A stretch of 32,000 nt of DNA from an uncultured Spirochaetota bacterium (GTDB taxonomy: Bacteria > Spirochaetota > Spirochaetia > SZUA-6 > Fen-1364): positions 146,537 through 178,536 of the forward strand of contig CAVTHO010000006.1 of assembly GCA_963734545.1 (NCBI GenBank), written 5' to 3'. Shown in pieces: positions 26,146 through 32,000 of the stretch; position 1 is the stretch's first letter, and each line of letters begins with the position of its first letter. The notes beneath the pieces were generated by a model that worked only from the letters and a program-made list of their open reading frames with translations, was not told where the DNA came from and ran no database searches. The position numbers were made by a program, and so were the translations under genes.

Positions 26146-26913
26146 ATGGAACGGGCGATTTCACGATACCTGTGGGTCCACAATTCTCTCAAAGCCCAGA
26201 TCGAGGCCGAAGACTTCAAAGTCGGAGACTTTCTGCCCCCCGAGCCTGAGCTGCAGAGGACTTTCCAGGTCAGTCGGACAACTGTGCGCAAGGCAGTGGA
26301 AATGCTCGCCCAGCAAGGCTTCGTCTATATCCGGCAGGGCAAAGGCACCCAGATCCTCGACTTCAAGGCCACGCAGAAGGCTCGGGTTCGTCACATCTTT
26401 TTCCGAGACGCTCCGCGAGCAGGGATTTACCGTCACGCAGGCCGATATCCGTGTCGACTACGTCTCTGCGCCGCGGCGGATCGCCGCGGATCTCGGAGTG
26501 GAGCCCGGACGCGCGTCTCGTGAGAATCGATCGTGTCACCCTGGCCAACGGCACCCCGATCGCCCTGATGACCAACTACCTGCTGCCCGAGCTCGTGCCC
26601 GGGCATCGAAAAACGGATCAGCGGGATGAGCTCCCTGTACTCGTTTCTGGAGTCCGAGTACAACCTCATGATCGAGGCAGCAACGGATTTCATTTCCGCG
26701 CGGCAGGCCCTGCCGGAGGAAGCGGAGAAGCTCCAGATAGCGGAGGGCTCGCCGCTCCTGGTTGTCCGCCGCGATTCCCACAGCGGCGGCAGGCCCATCG
26801 AGGTGGCGATCCTGCTGATCGTGGCCGACAAGTACGAGTACTGCGTGCACACCAAGGAGAGGCCTCCGCGCACCGCGCGAAATCCGGCGGGCACGGGGAG
26901 CGGGCACCCATGA
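26146..26913 (+). CDS. GntR/HutC-family transcriptional regulator (wHTH + UTRA); about three frame switches
   Basis: MERAISRYLWVHNSLKAQIEAEDFKVGDFLPPEPELQRTFQVSRTTVRKAVEMLAQQGFVYIRQGKGTQI is a GntR wHTH. The UTRA part is spread over frames: SFSETLREQGFTVTQADIRVDYVSAPRRIAADLGV, ARLVRIDRVTLANGTPIALMTNYL, SSLYSFLESEYNLMIEAATDFISARQA, SPLLVVRRDSHSGGRPIEVAILLIVADKYEY. The ORF-track start at 26074 would lie inside the predicted promoter. Confidence 0.8.
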
Positions 26914-27611
26914 AGCTGACGGCACGTGACGTCGCAAAGCTGATCGACATCAGCGCTGTCCAGGCTCCCCACGGCGCCGCGGAGATCCGCAACCTCGTGG
27001 GCAACGCGAAGGAGTTTCATTTCATGGCGGTCCACGTCCTGCCCTGCTGGGTCACATTCCTGAAGGAGCTTCTCGCCGACAGCCCCGATATTCTGATCGG
27101 CGCGCCGGTCGGCTTCCCTTCGGGGGCGCACCGCACGGAGATCAAGGTCGCCGAGGCGACGGCTTCTTCTCCAGGACGGCGTGCAGGAAATGGACATGAT
27201 GCTGAACGTCGGCAAGCTCCGCTCGGGCGAATACCGCTACTGCGAGGAGGACATCCGCGCCGTGGTCCGGGCAGCCGGCGAGGTGCCGGTCAAGGTGATC
27301 CTCGAGGTGCACTACCTGAGCCGCGACCAGCTCAAGAAGGCCTGCGAGGTGTGCATCAACGGCGGGCGCTGCCTTCGTCAAGACGGCCACCGGCTGGGCC
27401 GCGAGCGGCGCCACCCTCGAGGTGGTGCAGTTCATCACGTCGTTCGTCGGCGACGGCCATCAAGGTGAAGGCGGCGGGCAGCATCCGCAACCTCGACACG
27501 CTCGTGAAGATGTACAGGATGGGGGTGTCGCGGTTCGGCATCAACCTCAATTCCTCGATGGAGATCGTCCGGTCGGTGGCGGCGCTGCCGGGCGGAGCGG
27601 TCGAGGTATGA
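26910..27611 (+). CDS. deoC: Deoxyribose-phosphate aldolase (DeoC) family class I aldolase; about three frame switches
   Basis: ATG 26910 overlaps the regulator stop (ATGA). LIDISAVQAP, FHFMAVHVLPCWV, IGAPVGFPSGAH, EMDMMLNVGKLRSGEYRYCEEDIRAVV, VKVILEVHYL, AFVKTATGW (Schiff-base Lys context) and IKVKAAGSIRN give a strong DeoC-family pattern. Confidence 0.82.
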   Translation: MKLTARDVAKLIDISAVQAPHGAAEIRNLVGNAKEFHFMAVHVLPCWVTFLKELLADSPDILIGAPVGFPSGAHRTEIKVAEATASSPGRRAGNGHDAERRQAPLGRIPLLRGGHPRRGPGSRRGAGQGDPRGALPEPRPAQEGLRGVHQRRALPSSRRPPAGPRAAPPSRWCSSSRRSSATAIKVKAAGSIRNLDTLVKMYRMGVSRFGINLNSSMEIVRSVAALPGGAVEV

Positions 27612-29160
27612 GCGCGCGCGCAGTCGGTCGCACGATCATCGCCTACGACCTGGGAACGGGAGGCGCAAAGGCCTCGCTGTACCAGGTGGACGGGACCTGC
27701 CTGGCGAGCACCTTCGTCTCCTACGAGACCCTCTACCCGGACACCGGGTGGCACGAGCAGCGGCCCTCGGACTGGTGGAACGCGGTCGTGGAAAGCACGC
27801 GCGCCCTGCTGGCCAGGAAGCTGGTCCCCGCGGCCGACATCGAGTGCCTCGCCATTTCGGGCCAGAGCCTCGCCGTGATCCCCGTGGACGCGCAGGGGCG
27901 CGCCGCTGCGGGACTGCGATGCCCATCTGGTCCGACACGCGGGCCGCGCGGCAGACGGCGGCGTTCTTCCAGAAAGTGGACCGGGACCGCTGGTACATGA
28001 CCACGGGCAACGGCTTTCCCGCCGAGTGCTACTCGGTGTTCAAGATCATGTGGTACCGGGACAACGAGCCCGCGATGTTCTCCCGCATCGCACACGGTGC
28101 TCGGCTCCAAGGACTGGGTCAACCTCCGTCTGACCGGCGGAATGCCTGACCGACTATCTCCTACGCCTCCGGCAGCGGCGTCTACGACCTGCTCGGCTGG
28201 AAGTACAACCCGGAAGTTCATCCGGGCGAGCGGCGCTGCCGGAGTCGCTCTTTCCCGAGATCGTTGCCTCCACGACGATCATCGGCACGCTGACCGCGGA
28301 GGCAGCCGCCGCGCTGGGACTTCCGCGAAGGCGTGAAAGTGGCCTGCGGCGGCGTGGACAACTCGTGCATGGCGCTGGGCGCGCGCAACACCGGGTGAAG
28401 GCAGGGTGTACACCTCCCTGGGCTCCTCCTCCTGGATCGCCGTCTCCTCCGCAAAGCCGGTGCTGGACCCGAAGGCGAAGCCGTACGTGTTCACGCACGT
28501 GATCCCGGGCCTCTTCACCTCCGCCGTGAGCATCTTCGCGGGCGGCAGCTCCTTCCGCTGGATCCGTGACGCCCTGTATGGGCCGGGCGCCGGCGCACGG
28601 CCGGGACGCGTACGACGTGATGAACGAGCTGGCAGCCTCCTCGCCCGTCGGCGCCAACAAGCTCATGTTCAATCCCAGCCTTGCGGGGGGCAGCTCGCAG
28701 GAGCCCAGCCCGCACATCCGCGGCGGCTTCTCGGGCATCGACCTTCGGCACACGCGCGGGGACCTCGTCCGCGCGGGCATGGAGGGAATTGCCCTGAACC
28801 TCGCGGCAGTGCTCGAGGTGCTGCGCCGCTTCGTGCCCCTTTCCCCCGAGATGCTGATGGTGGGCGGCGGCAGCAAGAGCGCGCTCTGGCGGCAGATCTT
28901 CGCGGACGTCTACCAGCATGGACTGCGTGAAGACCAACGTCGACCAGGAGGCGGGCTCACTCGGGGCGGCCGCGGTGGCCGCGGTCGGGGCCGGGCTCTG
29001 GAGGGCTTCGAGAAGATCGACGAGGTGCACAGGTGGAGAGCGTGGCAGAAGCCCGACCCCGCGCAACGCGGAGACGTACCGCAGGCTCATGCCGGCGTTC
29101 GAGATGGTGCGCAGGCACCAGGCGGAGCTGGGAGACCTGCTGCACGGCATCGACATCTGA
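27608..29160 (+). CDS. FGGY-family carbohydrate kinase 2; heavily frame-broken (eight or more switches)
   Basis: ATG 27608 overlaps the deoC stop (ATGA). IIAYDLGTGGAKASLY, GWHEQRPSDWW, LAISGQ, FKIMWYRDNEP, LGSKDWVNLRLTG, GVKVACGGVDNSCMALG, YTSLGSSSWI, GGGSKSALWRQIFADV and EAGSLGAAAVAAVGAG are found across ORFs 27422, 27748, 28097, 28406, 28566 and 28918. Confidence 0.8.
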
Positions 29161-29173
29161 AGGAGGACAGGGC

Positions 29174-30149
29174 ATGAAGATCGGACTGTTCACGGCAACC
29201 TTCCTGGACACGAAGCTCGACGAGGTGTGCACCATGGCGGCGGACCTGGGCTACCAGGCCGTGGAGCTGCCCGCGTTCACGGGAAACCCGCACCTGGATC
29301 TGGATGAGACGCTGAAGGGAAGCAACGCGAAAAGCCTCGCTGAAGATGGTGAACGGACACGGCCTCGTCATTTCCGCGCTCGCCAACCACCCCGAGGGGC
29401 AGATCGTCCTGGGGCCGTACGGCAAGGACACCGACGCCATCTGCAAGGGGACGAAGGAAGAGAAGATCAAGTTCGGCACCGAGCGGATGATCAAGACCGC
29501 GCAGGCGGCAAATGCCCTCGGCGTCCCCGTGGTGACGGGGTTCCTCGGGTGCGAGAACTTCGGCCGCTTCTTCCCCTGGCCGTATTCCAAGGGGCTGGGC
29601 CGACATGGAGCAGGAGCTCGTGGAGCGATGGGGAAAGATCCTGGACAAGTTCGCGCGAGTACGGAGTGAAGTTCGCGCACGAGCCGCACCCCAACGAGCT
29701 GGTCTACGACGTGGACACGGCGCTGCGCGCCGTGGAGCTCCTGGGCGAACAGGAAGGAGTTCGGCTTCAACTTCGATCCGGCCAACCTCATCTACCTGGA
29801 CATCAACGTGGAGAACTTCATCGACCAGCTCAAGGGACACATCCTGCACGTGCACGCGAAGGACGGCGAGGTGGTGGAGCACAACGTGAAGCGCTCGGGA
29901 CGCATTCCGCAGGGAGACTGGCAGAGGCTGGGACGGGGGTTCCGCTTCCGCATCCCCGGCTGGGGCTCGGTGCCCTGGAAGAAGGTCATCACGGAGCTGT
30001 CCCTGATCGGGTACGACTACGTGATGAGCTACGAGCACGAGGACGTGACCATGAGCCGGCAGGACGGCATCACCAAGACGATCGCCTACCTGAAGCCGCT
30101 GCTCATCGACAAGCCCTACGAGGGCCGGCACGACGTGCTGTTCAACTGA
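29174..30149 (+). CDS. Sugar phosphate isomerase/epimerase (xylose isomerase-like TIM barrel); about four frame switches
   Basis: AGGAGG lies 7 nt upstream of ATG 29174. MKIGLFTATFLD, LGYQAVELPAF, HGLVISALANHPEG, GVPVVTGFLG, YGVKFAHEPHPNELVYD, FGFNFDPANL, ILHVHAKDG and YDYVMSYEHED are spread over ORFs 29033, 29346, 29605 and 29808. Confidence 0.78.
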
Positions 30150-30175
30150 GACGGCGAAAGGAAGGCAGGCGCACT

Positions 30176-31240
30176 ATGGCGGAGACAATGAAAGCAGCGG
30201 TCGTGGAGAAACCCGGCACCCTGGTGATCAAGCAGGTGCCTGTTCCCACGATCGACGAGAATGAAGTGCTGATCAAGGTGAAGTACACCGGCATCTGCGG
30301 CACGGACTGGAGCATCTTCACCGGCAAGTATTCGGCGGACAAGCTGCCCCTGATCCCGGGACACGAGTTCTCGGGCGTGGTGGCCAAGGTGGGCAAAAAG
30401 ACACGGGGCATCAAGGAAGGGGACCGGGTCACGGCGGACATCAACATGTCCTGCGGCACCTGCTTCTACTGCCGGCAGGGCCAGAAGCTCATGTGCCGGG
30501 ATTTCCACCAGCTCGGCATCCACGTGGACGGCACCTACGCCGAGTACGTGAAGGCGCCATTCGACCAGGTGCACAAGCTGCCCGACTCCCTGAGCTTCAT
30601 GGCAGGCGCGTTCATCGAGCCCGTCTCCTGCGTCATCCACTCGTCCAAGGCGGCAAAGGTCACGCACGGCAGCTCCGTGGCGGTCATCGGCAGCGGCCTC
30701 GGGGTGCTGCACGGCCTGCTCGCCCGGCTTCGCGGCGCCGCGCCGGTCATCGTGATCGGGGACAACGCGAAGCGGCTTGCCATCGCGAAGGAGTTCGGGG
30801 TCGACGTCACGATCAACATCAAGGACGGAAAAGACCCCGTTGCGGAAGTGAAGAAGCTCACCGACGGACGCGGCGCGGATTTCGTCGTGGAAGCGGTCGG
30901 CACGCCGAAGACCTACGAGCAGGCATTCGAGATGGTGCGCCCCGGCGGCACGATTGCCGCGTTCGGCATCTGCGCCGGTGACGACACGATCAAGGTGAGG
31001 CCGTTCGACCTCGTGCTGGGGGAGAAGACCGTCGTGGGCTCCTGCGCCGGCGTGGGAACAGACTGGACGGACGCGATGGCTCTCATTGCCAACGGCCACA
31101 TCAAGCCGGAGAGCATGTTCTCCATGGTCGTTCCCCTGGAAGAGCTCGAGGCCGCGCTGAAGCAGCTGCGCACCGACCCGAACCTGTTCAAGGTGTTCGT
31201 GTCCACCGAGATTTCCAAGCGGGAAATCCTCTCGAAGTAA
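30176..31240 (+). CDS. Zinc-dependent medium-chain alcohol/polyol dehydrogenase 2
   Basis: Intact 354 codons at the end of ORF 29033..31240, from ATG 30176: MKAAVVEKPG, GICGTDWSIF, GHEFSGVVAKVG, CGTCFYCRQGQKLMC, AVIGSGLGVLHG. Confidence 0.9.
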   Translation: MAETMKAAVVEKPGTLVIKQVPVPTIDENEVLIKVKYTGICGTDWSIFTGKYSADKLPLIPGHEFSGVVAKVGKKTRGIKEGDRVTADINMSCGTCFYCRQGQKLMCRDFHQLGIHVDGTYAEYVKAPFDQVHKLPDSLSFMAGAFIEPVSCVIHSSKAAKVTHGSSVAVIGSGLGVLHGLLARLRGAAPVIVIGDNAKRLAIAKEFGVDVTINIKDGKDPVAEVKKLTDGRGADFVVEAVGTPKTYEQAFEMVRPGGTIAAFGICAGDDTIKVRPFDLVLGEKTVVGSCAGVGTDWTDAMALIANGHIKPESMFSMVVPLEELEAALKQLRTDPNLFKVFVSTEISKREILSK

Positions 31241-31248
31241 GGACGGCC

Positions 31249-31662
31249 ATGCGGCTCAAGGGCATCGATCACGTGTCGATCAACGTGAAGGACATGGGCG
31301 TCTCCGCGGCATTCTACGGAGGCGTTCTTGGCCTGCGCAGGCTCCAGACCGTGCCCATGGACGGGGGTTTTGCCATCACCTACTTCGAGATCCCCGGCGG
31401 GGGCCGGCTCGAGCTGTTCGACTACGGCGGGAAGAATCGCGATGTTCCGCGGGAGGAGAGCGACGCAGGGCTGCGGCATCTCGCCTTCACAGTCGACGAC
31501 GTGGCTGTCGCCGAAAAGACGCTGCGGGAGAAGGGCGTGACGATCGTGCTGCCCACGACGGACATTCCGTCGTTGGGCGCCCGGGTTCTTCTGTTCCTCG
31601 ATCCCAACGGCGTGACCCTGGAGTTCTGCGAAAAGCTCGTTCCGGCATCAGGAAGGAGCTGA
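31249..31662 (+). CDS. VOC-family (glyoxalase/bleomycin resistance/dioxygenase) protein
   Basis: Intact 137-aa ORF: IDHVSINVKDMGVSAAFYGGVLGL, RLELFDY, LRHLAFTVDD, FLDPNGVTLEF. Confidence 0.85.
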   Translation: MRLKGIDHVSINVKDMGVSAAFYGGVLGLRRLQTVPMDGGFAITYFEIPGGGRLELFDYGGKNRDVPREESDAGLRHLAFTVDDVAVAEKTLREKGVTIVLPTTDIPSLGARVLLFLDPNGVTLEFCEKLVPASGRS

Positions 31663-31735
31663 GAGTACCGGCGGCACGGTAATGTGGTCTTCCGGTCCCT
31701 GTCAGGGACCTAGAAAAATTGCGGGAGGTGCGCGG

Positions 31736-32000
31736 ATGAAGAAGACGATTGTGATCCTTCTCATGGTGTCTCTGGCGATGGTAGTCGCACTCGCCGGATG
31801 CTCGAAGGGAGGCGGAAAGGCAGCCGCGCCCACGGTGAGCGCGGGCGGCGGGACCGCCGCGGACGTGACGGTGAACACGTCGAAGTACAAGAAGAGCGGC
31901 AAGGTCACGATCGGCCTTTCCTGGGAAGGGCCGCTCAATGACTACTCGAAGGCGATCATGTACAACGTCCAGTACACCCTGGAACAGAAGTACAAGGACC
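31736..32000 (+). CDS. ABC-transporter solute-binding lipoprotein, 3' partial (probably sugar-binding)
   Basis: Not in the ORF track because it runs off the window. GGGAGG lies 7 nt upstream of ATG 31736, and 88 codons are open to the end. Lipoprotein signal: MKKTIVILLMVSLAMVVALAGC (lipobox LAGC). KVTIGLSWEGPLNDYSKA resembles periplasmic-binding-protein type 1 N-termini. The family call rests on this short fragment and on context. Confidence 0.6.
   Translation, partial: MKKTIVILLMVSLAMVVALAGCSKGGGKAAAPTVSAGGGTAADVTVNTSKYKKSGKVTIGLSWEGPLNDYSKAIMYNVQYTLEQKYKD

Noticed and set aside
26466-26495. GCGCCGCGGCGGATCGCCGCGGATCTCGG inside the HutC regulator gene, resembling the repeat core
   Set aside because: It encodes a normal-looking UTRA-domain segment (SAPRRIAADLGV) and lacks the TATT-loop hairpin architecture. 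It is probably a chance similarity from CCGCGG-rich codon usage.
29033-31240. 735-aa + strand ORF suggesting one giant protein
   Set aside because: It is a composite. The N-terminus is out-of-frame FGGY kinase sequence. The next part is a partly out-of-frame TIM-barrel isomerase. Only the last 354 codons (from ATG 30176, after the isomerase stop at 30149 in another frame) form a genuine Zn-ADH.
31694-31710. Hairpin GGTCCCT-GTC-AGGGACC after the VOC gene as a terminator
   Set aside because: It is followed by TAGAAAAATT rather than a T-run, and the next gene starts 26 nt later with its own Shine-Dalgarno. It may be an RNA-stability or processing element, but there is not enough evidence to call a terminator.
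1-32000. Search for mobile elements, prophage genes, toxin-antitoxin or defence systems
   Set aside because: No transposase, integrase, phage structural, restriction-modification, Cas, or other defence-type motifs were recognised in any frame. The only mobile-like feature is the short hairpin repeat family reported above.

Overview
High-GC bacterial chromosomal window. I saw no rRNA, tRNA, CRISPR array, transposase, integrase or recognisable defence gene. It has three blocks.

(1) 1-12911, + strand. One tightly packed, partly translationally coupled Che-like operon: cheA (5' partial), cheC-like, cheD, cheR, cheB, a ComFB-domain gene, a REC-HD-GYP response regulator, cheW, a HEAT-repeat/class III nucleotide cyclase, a sensor-less HK-REC and a REC-PAS-HK. 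There is no stand-alone CheY or MCP in the window. The apparent outputs are cyclic-nucleotide enzymes. This is my best candidate for an undescribed system.

(2) 12912-17081. arsC (+) is convergent with a minus-strand marR-hgcA-hgcB mercury-methylation operon that has its own near-consensus sigma70-type promoter. An AbrB-radical SAM/SPASM gene precedes it.

(3) 17045-32000. Two divergent sugar-catabolic operons around an AT-rich control region at 25934-26145.
- Minus strand: Gfo/Idh/MocA oxidoreductase, Zn-ADH, FGGY kinase, archaeal-type cupin PGI, 2-hydroxyacid dehydrogenase, tungsten-type aldehyde:ferredoxin oxidoreductase, MoaD-like, Eda, DeoR.
- Plus strand: GntR/HutC, DeoC-like aldolase, FGGY kinase, TIM-barrel sugar-phosphate isomerase, Zn-ADH, VOC protein, start of an ABC solute-binding lipoprotein.

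Two cross-cutting observations:
- A family of short GC-rich hairpin repeats occurs at four or more loci. These include a 5 x 25-bp tandem array that supplies the deoR stop codon, and an in-frame 54-nt insertion inside the radical SAM gene.
- Many genes are interrupted by +/-1 frame switches in short G/C runs, in a patchy distribution. The simplest explanation is assembly indels rather than biological pseudogenes. Those genes are listed as whole-gene CDS spans, and their coordinates are approximate where stated.
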